A DNA stretch of 52,355 nt, from NCBI GenBank assembly GCA_902773225.1, contig CACYEC010000077.1:1-52355 (forward strand). Direction: 5' to 3'. Shown here piece by piece: positions 20,002-29,985 of the stretch. The translations under genes and the position numbers were made by a program. A model generated the notes under the pieces. That model had not been told where the DNA came from. It made no database searches and worked only from the letters and a program-made list of their open reading frames with translations. How positions within the stretch are numbered: the first letter of the stretch is position 1; every line of letters begins with the position of its first letter. The stretch comes from an uncultured Bacteroidales bacterium (GTDB taxonomy: Bacteria; Bacteroidota; Bacteroidia; Bacteroidales; Bacteroidaceae).

Positions 20002-21113
20002 TAAGATTCAAAATCAAGAGCCCTGTTGAGATAGTCCTTAGACGATTTGGTCAGGGATTGCATCTTTTTATCCACCTGCTCATCATCTATACTTTCCAAC
20101 AAAGACGGAGTAAACTCCGACACTATCCTATGTTTCATTCCGTAGTCATCAACAAGGTCTTCCAACCTAAGGTTGATGCCGAGTTGACGTCTCACCACAC
20201 AAAAACGTTTATGATAAAGCAATGAGAAAACCGTAGCGTGATAGGAAGAAGAGACGATGAAACTCGCACCACGAACCAGTGACAGAAACTCCTCTGGGCC
20301 TATTCCTCTTAGTTTAGTTCCCAAACCGCCCAGGGTGTCAATACTGATGTTGATAATCCTCAATCCCTCTGCTTTTGATATGGCTCTGGCGATGGAAGAT
20401 ATCTGTTTGTTACCATCAAAATCATAGACCAGCAAGTATGGCACCTTCACCAATGAACGACATGGGATAAGAGTGTCCCATTCTTGCTGATTGAAAAGCA
20501 ACACAGGGTCACAAACGACCTCAGCATCCCCTCGCCCCATTTTCTTAAGGAAAGGAAGTGAACTTTTCTCCCTAACAGACACGAAATCGAAAGTGGGCAG
20601 ATACTTTTGGTAGATGGATTCCCAACGAGGCTCGATTTGATTGACAGAGATACTGGGTGCATAAGCCACTTTCCTCGCTTTGGACTTCACGAAATCCAGA
20701 TAGAAAATGCTGTCTCGGCCAGCGAGAAACATGCTGTTCCAAATCTGGTCACTGCCAGCAATGAACACATCGGCATCGAGATGGGAAGACATCAGTTTGG
20801 GTTTGTCGTAACACTCTGGAGTGAGATGCAATCGTGAAGCGGTGAACTGACGGAACATGCGGTTTCTTTCCAGATGCCTTATGCGCTGTGGCAAGCGATA
20901 AAGCATCTTGGCAAAGTTCATCAGACGGTTATTCCCTTTCTCCATCACAAACAACTTCTGGTGGCGTGGAGGCTGGTAATGAGGCTTGTAATCCACTATC
21001 TGCACAAGATGGCCTAACCGTTCAAGATAAGTTTGAAGGGCATACACCTGAAGGGATGCGCCGAAATTATACACATCGTGGCAGGTGATTATCTTGATAT
21101 CCAGTGAACTCAT
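20001..21113 (-). CDS. Polysaccharide pyruvyl transferase family protein (WcaK/CsaB-like)
   Basis: N-terminal IKIITCHDVYNFGASLQVYALQTYLERLGH and C-terminal SSSYHATVFSLLYHKRF fit the PS_pyruv_trans pattern. Start and stop overlap both neighbours. Confidence 0.7.
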   Translation of the reverse strand: MSSLDIKIITCHDVYNFGASLQVYALQTYLERLGHLVQIVDYKPHYQPPRHQKLFVMEKGNNRLMNFAKMLYRLPQRIRHLERNRMFRQFTASRLHLTPECYDKPKLMSSHLDADVFIAGSDQIWNSMFLAGRDSIFYLDFVKSKARKVAYAPSISVNQIEPRWESIYQKYLPTFDFVSVREKSSLPFLKKMGRGDAEVVCDPVLLFNQQEWDTLIPCRSLVKVPYLLVYDFDGNKQISSIARAISKAEGLRIINISIDTLGGLGTKLRGIGPEEFLSLVRGASFIVSSSYHATVFSLLYHKRFCVVRRQLGINLRLEDLVDDYGMKHRIVSEFTPSLLESIDDEQVDKKMQSLTKSSKDYLNRALDFES

Positions 21114-22270
21114 AGACCGAAAAGTTCCTCGACTTTCCTAATTTCAGTGTCAGCGTTATCAGCGACACTGTTTTTCAACACGGTAGAAAACTGTTGGCGC
21201 AGGTTCTTGTCTTCAACCAATCTGCAGATGGCATCGGCAAGCGATTCTGGTGTTTTCTTTGTTATCAGTCCGTTTACCCCGTCTTCCAACTGGTTATAGA
21301 CCACATCAAAGTCGGTGCTGACGATGGGCTTACAAAGCATCTTCGCCTCTGAAATAGTCAGTCCAAAACCCTCATGTAATGAAGTCTGGACATAGATGTC
21401 GCAACCATTGATATAAGGATAGGGATTGAGTCTCAATCCTAATGCACGGACACGATCCTCAAGGTTGTTCTCAACAATCATCTGCCGAATCGAGCCTAAC
21501 ATTGAACCTTGGCCGACAAAAAACCAAATAAAGTCCACCCCACGTTCACGAAGCAACGAAGCGGTCTGGACTGCCAAAGGATAGTTTTTCAAGTATGCCA
21601 TACGTGCAACAGTCGTCAAGACAATCCGTCCAGAAGGTAAGTCTTTGAGTTCTGGTACGACCTCGGACGACATCTTCCTCACCATCTCTGGACTGACTAT
21701 ATCATATACACAACGAATCTTGCTGGCAAACTGTGGCATATAGCCTTTCACCTTTTCCTCCAGCATATCCGAAACGCACGAGATGTAACTCATCTTTTCG
21801 TAGAAAGGAGCGTTGTAACGAATGTCGTAGCCAGCCGACATGATATCTGTATTGATCCACCCCACTTTGATGTCAGCATGGATTTTCGTAGCAACAAGAT
21901 AAGTGGGAGTACCCTGCTGATAGGCCACGGCAACATCATAAGAGTCCTCAAGACCTTTGGTGAAAAAACCAAACGATTTCCAATACAACTCCGCAGGGTG
22001 AGATTGATGTGTTTTCTTGCCGTTCTGCCTTAAACGGAAAGAGAACAAGCCTTGGCATAAACGCATGATCCATTGGTGGATCTTGCTATACAAAGGCGAT
22101 TGCACTATCGTCACATCGCTTGGTACCACTTTATCGAGCACCCCCCCGGGATGGAGTATCCAGAGGTGCTTCTCATATTTCTTGGTGTCAAGAGTGTTGA
22201 GTAGGGAAAGAAGGCTTCTTTCCGCACCACCGCAATTCAGTGAGTCAATGACGAACAGAACCTTTTTCAT
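21110..22270 (-). CDS. Glycosyltransferase family 4
   Basis: QTSLHEGFGLTISEAKMLCKPIVSTDFDVVYNQLEDGVNGLI, with N-terminal KVLFVIDSLNCGGAERSL. Confidence 0.85.
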   Translation of the reverse strand: MKKVLFVIDSLNCGGAERSLLSLLNTLDTKKYEKHLWILHPGGVLDKVVPSDVTIVQSPLYSKIHQWIMRLCQGLFSFRLRQNGKKTHQSHPAELYWKSFGFFTKGLEDSYDVAVAYQQGTPTYLVATKIHADIKVGWINTDIMSAGYDIRYNAPFYEKMSYISCVSDMLEEKVKGYMPQFASKIRCVYDIVSPEMVRKMSSEVVPELKDLPSGRIVLTTVARMAYLKNYPLAVQTASLLRERGVDFIWFFVGQGSMLGSIRQMIVENNLEDRVRALGLRLNPYPYINGCDIYVQTSLHEGFGLTISEAKMLCKPIVSTDFDVVYNQLEDGVNGLITKKTPESLADAICRLVEDKNLRQQFSTVLKNSVADNADTEIRKVEELFGL

Positions 22271-22334
22271 TCAGCGAGTGAGACGGCATGACTACCGTAT
22301 ATATAACTTGGAGAATAAACAATACTGATGAATG

Positions 22335-23363
22335 TTAAAGCAAGAAATGCCCCTTCTGCATCTTATGATCAGTCCATCCACCCTCAGATAGACTATAGCC
22401 ATCGCACATTACTGCACCTTTGTAAAAAATATGGTCAATCTTCGGCAAAAAAGGCGCTTTCAAAAATGATGAAACAGCAAGAAGCAAGGGACTTTGCCAT
22501 GCCGCATCGCTCATGCCCCGAGCAACGGTCTGACAGGAGTATGAGAAAAGAGGTGAATTGAAATCTCCGCAGACAATCACAGAGTTATCTTTCTCATTCT
22601 CGATATCGTTGTAAATTTGATCAGCCTGTTGATTGCGTATCTCAGCATTGTAGATGACCAACTTCAACTTATCAATAAAGGAAGAGGACGCATTATCAGA
22701 GACACTGGTCGTTTGCGAATGCACATTGTAGAGACGGAGTTTCTTGCCGTCAACATCCACATCCACCGATAAGTACTTGTTATAAGACTTCGGGAAATAC
22801 GCGTTCTTGACATTTGTCAGTGGATACTTCGAAAGCACCATCAGGTTCAGCACCTCGTCTTCCCTATCATTACAGGCGACATAGGGATAGTCGGGGAAGT
22901 GTGATACAATGACCTCTTTCGACATTAGATTCTGATGCGGACGTTCCTGAATGCAGATGATGTCGGGAACGACGGTTTGCATGACGTAGGCCAGTTCATC
23001 AAGACAATGGAGGTCGAGGCTGAAATTACCGACGTTCCATGACACCACAGTAAGTTCAGAATTCAGGCCATCCCTTCCCTTGTTTGTTCCAAGGGGATAA
23101 TGAGCAACAAGAGGACACAATGCCAGCAGGAGGGCGATGGCATCAATAATGATGAGCAGACGCTTCCTAAGCACAGCATGCCACAGCAACATCAACAAAT
23201 CGGCCACTATGACATAGAAGCCACCAAGGGCAAGCAATTCCAAGTTCGCACTCCATTTTCCGCCGAGCCAAGGAATGGCTGTAAGCAACAAAGAAAAGCA
23301 CAACAGGAATGCCGACAACAACTTAGATGTAAGAGTTGTTCGCGACAAGTTCATCGATGGCAT
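22335..23363 (-). CDS. Membrane-anchored endonuclease/exonuclease/phosphatase (EEP) family protein
   Basis: Three N-terminal TM helices, then EEP-like motifs LTVVSWNVGNF, ICIQE, VCGDFNS, IDHIF. The start overlaps the 3' end of the phosphatase gene by 41 nt (32 nt if the second ATG is used). Confidence 0.65.
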   Translation of the reverse strand: MPSMNLSRTTLTSKLLSAFLLCFSLLLTAIPWLGGKWSANLELLALGGFYVIVADLLMLLWHAVLRKRLLIIIDAIALLLALCPLVAHYPLGTNKGRDGLNSELTVVSWNVGNFSLDLHCLDELAYVMQTVVPDIICIQERPHQNLMSKEVIVSHFPDYPYVACNDREDEVLNLMVLSKYPLTNVKNAYFPKSYNKYLSVDVDVDGKKLRLYNVHSQTTSVSDNASSSFIDKLKLVIYNAEIRNQQADQIYNDIENEKDNSVIVCGDFNSPLFSYSCQTVARGMSDAAWQSPLLLAVSSFLKAPFLPKIDHIFYKGAVMCDGYSLSEGGWTDHKMQKGHFLL

Positions 23364-24042
23364 CGAGATGTTTCTTGGTCAGTTTCATCTTTTCCATCAT
23401 GGGTTTATAGACATCAAGGTGATGGAGATCGCTGCCTACATAATCGTACATGCCACTTTCCAATAACTTGAATGCCACAGCCTTGGGACGTGGACCATAA
23501 TAACCCGTAAGAGACATGATGTTCAACTGGAGATCAAAGCCATACTCCTTCAAGTGTTCGTAATCACGCTTGCCCATGTACATGTAACGCTCAGGATGAG
23601 CGATAAGAGGGCGAAAACCCGCCTCCCAGACGCTCATCAGAATTTCGTCGAGCCCTACAGGCGGGTTCATATACGATGTTTCTACAAGAAGGTGTTCGGT
23701 GCCAAGACGCAAGGGGTCGGTCGTCAGACGCTCCTTGAAGCCCTCGTCCATCATGTACTCAGAGGAAAGGTGGAGTTTCACGCCCCCTGTATATGCCTCT
23801 TTTAATGTGGAAAACACAGCAGAGAGTTTCTCTGCTGTGTTGTGCAAGTCACGCATGACATGTGGTGTAAGCCACACATTGCTAAAACCAATCTGCTCCG
23901 ACATGAATTCCAGTAACTGCAAACTGGTTTCAATGTCAGGCGACCCGTCATCTACGCCAGGTAGTACATGGCAATGGATGTCTGTCGCATCCTTCAGTAT
24001 TCCTGACTCTAAAAGTTTATATTTTCTCTTGAATCCAAACAT
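23323..24042 (-). CDS. PHP-family protein-tyrosine phosphatase (CpsB/CapC/YwqE type)
   Basis: DIHCHVLPGVDDGSPD, WLTPHV, IAHPERY, GSDLHH. It lies 3 nt downstream of the tyrosine kinase gene. Confidence 0.85.
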   Translation of the reverse strand: MFGFKRKYKLLESGILKDATDIHCHVLPGVDDGSPDIETSLQLLEFMSEQIGFSNVWLTPHVMRDLHNTAEKLSAVFSTLKEAYTGGVKLHLSSEYMMDEGFKERLTTDPLRLGTEHLLVETSYMNPPVGLDEILMSVWEAGFRPLIAHPERYMYMGKRDYEHLKEYGFDLQLNIMSLTGYYGPRPKAVAFKLLESGMYDYVGSDLHHLDVYKPMMEKMKLTKKHLDAIDELVANNSYI

Positions 24043-24045
24043 GTG

Positions 24046-26655
24046 TTATGCGTTGTCCGTGGTTGATGCGCTATTGTCAAGTGCAGTGTCATCGTCTGAA
24101 GCCGATGTGCTCACCTCACTGTCATCGCTGTGATGATGGTGGTGGTGATGATGATGCTCGTCTTTCTTCTTCGAGCCGAAAAGACGTTGCCAAATTGACT
24201 TCTTTTCCTCACCATAACCACTGCCGTAACCATAGCCGTAACCATAGCCATAACCATAGCCGTAACCATAACCATAGCCATAACCGTAGCCATAACTGTA
24301 ACCCAACTGACGGATAACGGAACCATTGAGAATCAAACACATGTTGTTCAATTTGCCACTTTTGTATATTTTCTCAATCTCTGGCATCATACGACGGTCG
24401 AGACGGCCCACACGAATCACGAAGATGGTCAAGTCAGCCACGCGGTTGGTGATGGCAGCGTCAGCTACCAGACCGTAAGGCACATTGTCGAGGAAGACAT
24501 AGTCGTATCTATTTCTCAACTCATTGATCAACTTGTCAAGCCCGTCGCTCAACAGCAACTCCGCTGGGTTAGGAGCAACAGAACCAGCCGTAATTACGTC
24601 AAGGTTTTCACATAGCGCGTCTTTCTGGATAATCTCGTCGATTGTAGCATGGCCTGTCAGGTAGGTTGTCACACCTAATGCCTTACGACCTCTCAGTGCA
24701 GAGGTCAATGTTCCCTTACGGATGTCGAGGTCCACCAGCACCACTTTCTTGTGGGTCTGGGCAAACGTGGCGGCAAGGTTGCTTGAGATGTAAGTCTTAC
24801 CTGATGATGCACCAAACGAACTGAAAGTGATGACCTTCATGTCCTTGCTGTTGACACGCATGAAATCCATGTTGGTACGTATAATACGGAAAGCCTCGGA
24901 AATAAGGTCTCGTCCCTGCGCCTTTACGGAGATGATGTTCTCTTTGCTCTTCACACCCAATTTGTTGAGTTTTGCCTTTTTCTTGTCATTAGGTATCTCA
25001 CCGAGGAAAGGCACGGTGGTAAGGTCCTCAATGTCCTTACGGTCCTTAATACGGGTGTCGAAGAACATAAAGAAGAGCAAGCAAGCTGTCGGTATCATGA
25101 AAGCATACATAGCACTCTTACCCAAGTCCTTGCTCAAGATGGGAGAAACGGGAACATCACTTCCTCGGGCAGGTTCCACAATACGTGCATCGGATTGTGT
25201 AGAGGCCTGAGCCAACTCGTTCTCCTCGCGTTTGTTAAGCAAGTAAAGGTATAACTCTTGTTTGATGTGCTGTTGACGTTCGATGTCGAGCATCTCACGT
25301 TGCTTTCTCGGTACACTCGACACGCGTGAACGGGCTTCACCCGCACGTCCTTGAATGTTGCTTATTTGTACGTTGAGGTTGTTGTTCTTATTATCTACAG
25401 CGCGGATAATACCTTGTTTCATGGCTTGGAGTGACTTGTTCAACTCCTGAACCACGGGGTTCTTGTCGCTACTTTCCTCCAAGAGTTTGTCTCGACGCAT
25501 CTTGGCATTGTTATACTGTGCAATCTGGGACTCCACCATACCATCGCCAATGCCTGTGTTTGTGGGTATGAGTTCCATGTCCTTGGATGGGTCGGCCAGG
25601 TAATCACGCATGGCATTGACCTGTTGAGCCTGAACAAGAAGATCCTTGGTTTGGTTGGTATAGGCATTGCGCTCCGACAGAGCAGTACCCGCCTCGGAAT
25701 TGACATCCACAAGATTATTCGCGACCTTGTACTGCTCTATTTCGCTCTCCACATTGCTCAACTCTTTGGTAATAATCGCCAAACGTTCGTTAATGAAGTT
25801 GGATGTGGTCACAGCGGCCATATTCTTGTCCCTGATTGTCTGCTCGTTGTAGAAAGTAATCAGCATATTAAGTATGTCTTCTGCTCTGACAGGAGAGAAG
25901 TCAGTGAGTGTCATGTTGAGAATGGAGGAAGATACGATAGATGTACCCATCAGAGAACCACGAGGGTCGGCAATCTCAGCCTGCGTGATGACCAGTTTAG
26001 GTGAAATCTCACTGACGAACGAGTTAACATTCTTCTTCGTTACCGTAACCGGAGTGTTGAACCAATCAGAAGAATAATACAATGTGGGAGTAATCGTGAT
26101 AATACCTAATGGTGTTTTCACTGTAGTACCCAAATTCGCGATAAGGTCAGGACTTTTGCCCATGGAAAAGTCCGACAATTTCACCTGGGTCTTCGATAGA
26201 GGAGTCACCTTCAAGCTCAGCACCATACTCTCATCCACATCGTGGAAGGTGATTTTCACGGGTGCTTGCGAATATAATTCTTTAACACGCATGTAGTCCA
26301 TCACGGTGTAACTCACCTCAGCATGAAGCGCTACTACCGCATCGTGCATCAGTTTAGTGGACTTGAACTGAAGTATTTCATTGGACACATTGACGGTAGG
26401 TGTGTAATTACGGAAACGGTCCATGCCTGCCACCACACCTAAGTTCTTGAAAATCACCGATCCACGGCAAGAATAAGAATAGGGTGTGGTAGAATACTTA
26501 TACCAGGTATAACCAAAGAAGATTGCAAAAGAGATGACATACCAAAACCAGTTGACCAGCAAATATTTGACGATGTCGATAGGATTGAGATTCAATCCTT
26601 TGCTGACGGTGGTTTTTTCCGGTGCCAAATCCTGATTATCTGTAATTTTTACCAT
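24046..26655 (-). CDS. Polysaccharide co-polymerase / bacterial tyrosine autokinase (Wzc/Ptk/GumC-like) with an atypical C-terminal tail
   Basis: Two TM segments (WFWYVISFAIFFGYTWY and AMYAFMIPTACLLFFMFF) flank a long coiled-coil periplasmic region. The kinase domain has Walker A SSFGASSGKTY, A' VVLVDLDIRKG and B YDYVFLDNVP. The C-terminus carries a GY repeat, a His9 tract and an acidic tail. Confidence 0.9.
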   Translation of the reverse strand: MVKITDNQDLAPEKTTVSKGLNLNPIDIVKYLLVNWFWYVISFAIFFGYTWYKYSTTPYSYSCRGSVIFKNLGVVAGMDRFRNYTPTVNVSNEILQFKSTKLMHDAVVALHAEVSYTVMDYMRVKELYSQAPVKITFHDVDESMVLSLKVTPLSKTQVKLSDFSMGKSPDLIANLGTTVKTPLGIITITPTLYYSSDWFNTPVTVTKKNVNSFVSEISPKLVITQAEIADPRGSLMGTSIVSSSILNMTLTDFSPVRAEDILNMLITFYNEQTIRDKNMAAVTTSNFINERLAIITKELSNVESEIEQYKVANNLVDVNSEAGTALSERNAYTNQTKDLLVQAQQVNAMRDYLADPSKDMELIPTNTGIGDGMVESQIAQYNNAKMRRDKLLEESSDKNPVVQELNKSLQAMKQGIIRAVDNKNNNLNVQISNIQGRAGEARSRVSSVPRKQREMLDIERQQHIKQELYLYLLNKREENELAQASTQSDARIVEPARGSDVPVSPILSKDLGKSAMYAFMIPTACLLFFMFFDTRIKDRKDIEDLTTVPFLGEIPNDKKKAKLNKLGVKSKENIISVKAQGRDLISEAFRIIRTNMDFMRVNSKDMKVITFSSFGASSGKTYISSNLAATFAQTHKKVVLVDLDIRKGTLTSALRGRKALGVTTYLTGHATIDEIIQKDALCENLDVITAGSVAPNPAELLLSDGLDKLINELRNRYDYVFLDNVPYGLVADAAITNRVADLTIFVIRVGRLDRRMMPEIEKIYKSGKLNNMCLILNGSVIRQLGYSYGYGYGYGYGYGYGYGYGYGYGYGSGYGEEKKSIWQRLFGSKKKDEHHHHHHHHHSDDSEVSTSASDDDTALDNSASTTDNA
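24211..24303 (-). repeat. Imperfect hexanucleotide (GGY-TAY) repeat encoding GYSY(GY)11GSGYG
   Basis: Read directly as the plus-strand triplets ACC ATA ACC ACT GCC GTA ... ACT GTA ACC. This gives 14 Tyr in 31 residues. Codon alternation (GGT/GGC, TAT/TAC) breaks perfect nucleotide periodicity. Confidence 0.95.
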
Positions 26656-26754
26656 ATTATGACTTTAACTTTTGAAAAATAAATCGAAACTATAACCTGT
26701 GATGAAACCAAAGTCCAATCCTTGAGTAAATGACAGGAAAAATGAATTCAGACG

Positions 26755-27567
26755 CTACAGTTTGTTGAAAAGCAGAATCAGAGAGAGTGTGGAAGTGACG
26801 AAACCAAAGAGCGACTGAATCATGAAGAGGTTGTTACGGTTTTCCTGTGTAACTTTCTTACCTGTGGGCTCCACATAAATAATGTCGTTCTGCTGCAAGT
26901 AGAAGGTTGGCGAGAGGAATATGTCCTTGGAACGAATATCGTTCCAGTAAATACGACGGCTGTCTCCATACTCACGAATTACGCCAATACGGTCGAGACG
27001 GGCATTATTTGTAAGGTCGCCACAAGCGGCGATGGCATCAAGCAATGTGAAACGGTCGCCCTGAAGACTGATGGTACCGATACGTCCCACCTCACCTAAC
27101 ACCGAAATCTTGAGATTCAAGAACTCCACAATAACGATAGGATCTTTCAGCAACTCCAAATCCACAATCTTCTGGGTAATCAGATCTACCAACTGCTTGC
27201 GTGTCAACCCCTCCACATGAAGAACACCCAACATAGGGAATGTGATATTGCCATCCACTCCAACAGTGTAGCCACTGACACGTGAATCTGCAGACATATT
27301 TGTATTGTTGGCAGATATGGATCCATCACTACTTACAGAATAGCCACTCTCACCGAAAATGTTGAAAGCGAGAGCGAGTTCAGGACTCTTGCAACCCACC
27401 TTGATGCTCAGTTTGTCATCGCGCTGAATCACGGTCTCATACTTCTGGACTACGGGGTATTCCAGTTTATCGTCCATATCCTGGAGATAGATGTAATCAC
27501 CTCGTTTCACACATGATGTCATCATAACGATGACAAACAAACAACTTAATTTTACAATTGTTTTCAT
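26755..27567 (-). CDS. Polysaccharide export outer-membrane lipoprotein, Wza family (copy 2, adjacent to the kinase)
   Basis: MKTIVKLSCLFVIVMMTSC lipobox. Poly_export/SLBB-like body (GDYIYLQD, IKVGC, GEVGRIGTISL, LQQNDIIYVEP). Confidence 0.8.
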   Translation of the reverse strand: MKTIVKLSCLFVIVMMTSCVKRGDYIYLQDMDDKLEYPVVQKYETVIQRDDKLSIKVGCKSPELALAFNIFGESGYSVSSDGSISANNTNMSADSRVSGYTVGVDGNITFPMLGVLHVEGLTRKQLVDLITQKIVDLELLKDPIVIVEFLNLKISVLGEVGRIGTISLQGDRFTLLDAIAACGDLTNNARLDRIGVIREYGDSRRIYWNDIRSKDIFLSPTFYLQQNDIIYVEPTGKKVTQENRNNLFMIQSLFGFVTSTLSLILLFNKL

Positions 27568-27606
27568 ATTTACTATAGTTATTTTTTATTTTCTAAACCT
27601 ATAAAC

Positions 27607-28734
27607 TCAGCAACTGCTTTTGTTGGAATGCATGCTTTCTTTTATTCTGTTGTAAATCAACAGGAGGAGAGCCCCTGTGGCCTCGCCGTATGAATGGCGT
27701 GCAAAAAGACGGTAATTGTGCAACAGCCGTCTGAACGTATCCTTTCGAGTGGAGGAATTGGTTGTACCTGAGAAACGGATATCACCCTGACCAAAATTGG
27801 CAGTCTGCCAAATCTCCTCCATTAGCGTGTCGGCATCTTTCATACTGCCAGACTCCACTGGGGAGAATTCGTCTGGCATACCTAAGTAGTGAATGAGCGC
27901 TGTCATCAGACAACGTGTCCACCCTATCATCTTCCAGTCTGATGCCCAACGTGAGAACTCATCACGCTGAATACGGTCACGCTCTTTACTCAGGAAGAGC
28001 GCAATGTCAGCCATCTGCCGTAAGCCAATACCACTATTGATGACATGCTTGTAACTGTGGCTAACCAACTGAAGCAATGCCAAAGTGGGATTGAGCGTCG
28101 TAATGTCAGAGCCTTGTATATCGACCTGACAATATGCATCTCTCGATGATAGAACGTCAAGCAATCGTTTTTTTGCCGATGTCCGGACCAACGGGTTATA
28201 ACTTAAGAATAAGTGCCCGTGATTCTCCACCACCACGTTACCGAGCATGAAGATTGACTCTTCATTGAGTAAACGCTGGATGTGAATCCCCCACCCCTCG
28301 ATAACGTCATCAGCCTCACGCTTGCGATCCACAGAACCGTAGAACAAGTCAATGTCACCTGAGAAACGGTGTTGTGGATATGGATAGCACGACGATAAGA
28401 CCAAACCTTTCAGCACCACAGGCGTGATGTCTGAAGCCTGGAACCGCCCGTAGAGATAATTGACAGTCCGCAACTGCCCGAGGTATGCTTTCTCCTGCCG
28501 AGCAACACTCTCCGACCATATTGTCATCAAACGCCCTTTGGGCCGTAAGGGCTCAGGAAGAGAGGTGATGGCATCGAAGACAACCGACTGCATGGTATGC
28601 CTCATAGCGGTGGTATAAATCCATTGCCACTCAGGGTCAGAAATCGGCAACAAACTCGTGTCGGACTCAATCTTCCACATCGCTGAACGCAACAGTTGCA
28701 GAAACAGCGACTTCAGTTTGACCTCATCCAACAT
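27607..28734 (-). CDS. Uncharacterised nucleotidyltransferase-family protein (pol-beta superfamily, NTP_transf_5-like)
   Basis: RFSGDIDLFYG fits the G[SG]-x-D-x-D pol-beta nucleotidyltransferase signature. The length and helical C-terminal half are typical of this family in capsule loci. The assignment is from memory. Confidence 0.55.
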   Translation of the reverse strand: MLDEVKLKSLFLQLLRSAMWKIESDTSLLPISDPEWQWIYTTAMRHTMQSVVFDAITSLPEPLRPKGRLMTIWSESVARQEKAYLGQLRTVNYLYGRFQASDITPVVLKGLVLSSCYPYPQHRFSGDIDLFYGSVDRKREADDVIEGWGIHIQRLLNEESIFMLGNVVVENHGHLFLSYNPLVRTSAKKRLLDVLSSRDAYCQVDIQGSDITTLNPTLALLQLVSHSYKHVINSGIGLRQMADIALFLSKERDRIQRDEFSRWASDWKMIGWTRCLMTALIHYLGMPDEFSPVESGSMKDADTLMEEIWQTANFGQGDIRFSGTTNSSTRKDTFRRLLHNYRLFARHSYGEATGALLLLIYNRIKESMHSNKSSC

Positions 28735-28827
28735 GTATGGTCGATAATCTAAAATGCAATTAAACGAGGGCAGAGTTGAAGATGTTCAAACTATGTCGAG
28801 CATGAGCATTTTAGGCGATGCCAATGG

Positions 28828-29985
28828 TCAACGCTCAATGACAAAGCCCTTAATGATGTCAACAATTCGCTCCACGTCGTCGTTGGAAACCATCGGACCT
28901 GACGGAAGGCAAAGACCGCAATTAAACATCCGCTCCGACACACCGTTGATATATGCTGGTGCCTGAGAGAATACAGGTTGCAAGTGCATGGGTTTCCAGA
29001 GCGGACGGCTCTCGATGTCATGACTGGCCAACAAGTTCGCCAAAGTACGATAATCCTTGCCTCCCAGTCTTTCTGCATCCACGCAGATGCAACTGAGCCA
29101 GTAATTGGGGCCGATAGGTCTGTCAGCCTTTGGTTCCATCACGCTGATGCCTTCCACACCAGAGAGCATGGAGGCGTACATGTGGTGTATCTCTATGCGT
29201 CTGGCCAAATGCTGGTCAACAACCTGCATCTGGCCTCGTCCTATTCCAGCGCTAACATTGCTCAAGCGGTAGTTGTATCCTATGCGCTCATGTTGGTAAT
29301 AAGGGAAGTTCTCACGAGCCTGTGTGGCGTAGAACTTCACTCTGTCGGCATCTTCCTTGCTTCGGCATATCAACGCACCTCCACCACTTGTGGTAATCAT
29401 CTTGTTGCCGTTGAACGACATCACGCCGAAACGGCCGAAAGTGCCACAATGGAATCCATCGTAGGTCGAGCCCATAGCCTCGGCAGAATCCTCGAGGACG
29501 GGTATGTCGTACTTACTCGCCACAGCCATAATCTGACCGATTTTGGCTGGATTGCCATAGAGATAGACAGGTATAATTGCCTTAGGTTTCTTTCCTGTCT
29601 TGTTGATGCGGTCGTGAATGGCTTCTTCCAGTAACCCAGGATCCATGTTCCATGTGTCTGTCTCACTATCGACAAACACAGGTGTAGCACCCTGGTAGGT
29701 GATGGGATTGGCAGAAGCGGCAAAAGTGAAACTCTGGCAAATCACTTCATCACCCTTCCCTACGCCCAGCATGACTAACCCCAAATGAATGGCCGCAGTG
29801 CCAGCGCTCAAGGCCACCACATGGTTCTCATGGTCGCTCTTTTGGTTAAGCCACTGCTCAAGGTCGTTCTCAAATCCATTGACATTTGGACCAAGAGGCA
29901 CCACCCAATTGGTGTCGAAAGCCTCTTTCACAAAATCACGCTCCGCTCCACCCATATGGGCAAGCGACAACCAAACACGTGCCAT
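28828..29985 (-). CDS. PLP-dependent sugar aminotransferase (DegT/DnrJ/EryC1/StrS family)
   Basis: Conserved N-terminal GAERDFVKEAFDTNWV. Active-site lysine context SFNGNKMITTSGGGAL. C-terminal LCLPSG. Confidence 0.9.
   Translation of the reverse strand: MARVWLSLAHMGGAERDFVKEAFDTNWVVPLGPNVNGFENDLEQWLNQKSDHENHVVALSAGTAAIHLGLVMLGVGKGDEVICQSFTFAASANPITYQGATPVFVDSETDTWNMDPGLLEEAIHDRINKTGKKPKAIIPVYLYGNPAKIGQIMAVASKYDIPVLEDSAEAMGSTYDGFHCGTFGRFGVMSFNGNKMITTSGGGALICRSKEDADRVKFYATQARENFPYYQHERIGYNYRLSNVSAGIGRGQMQVVDQHLARRIEIHHMYASMLSGVEGISVMEPKADRPIGPNYWLSCICVDAERLGGKDYRTLANLLASHDIESRPLWKPMHLQPVFSQAPAYINGVSERMFNCGLCLPSGPMVSNDDVERIVDIIKGFVIER

Noticed and set aside
24048-24326. ORFs with NHS/RNH repeats (+) or VMA/VTA repeats (-) at the 3' end of the kinase gene
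   Set aside because: These are alternative-frame or alternative-strand readings of the GY/His9-encoding repeat. The kinase frame is continuous with a full Wzc-type protein.
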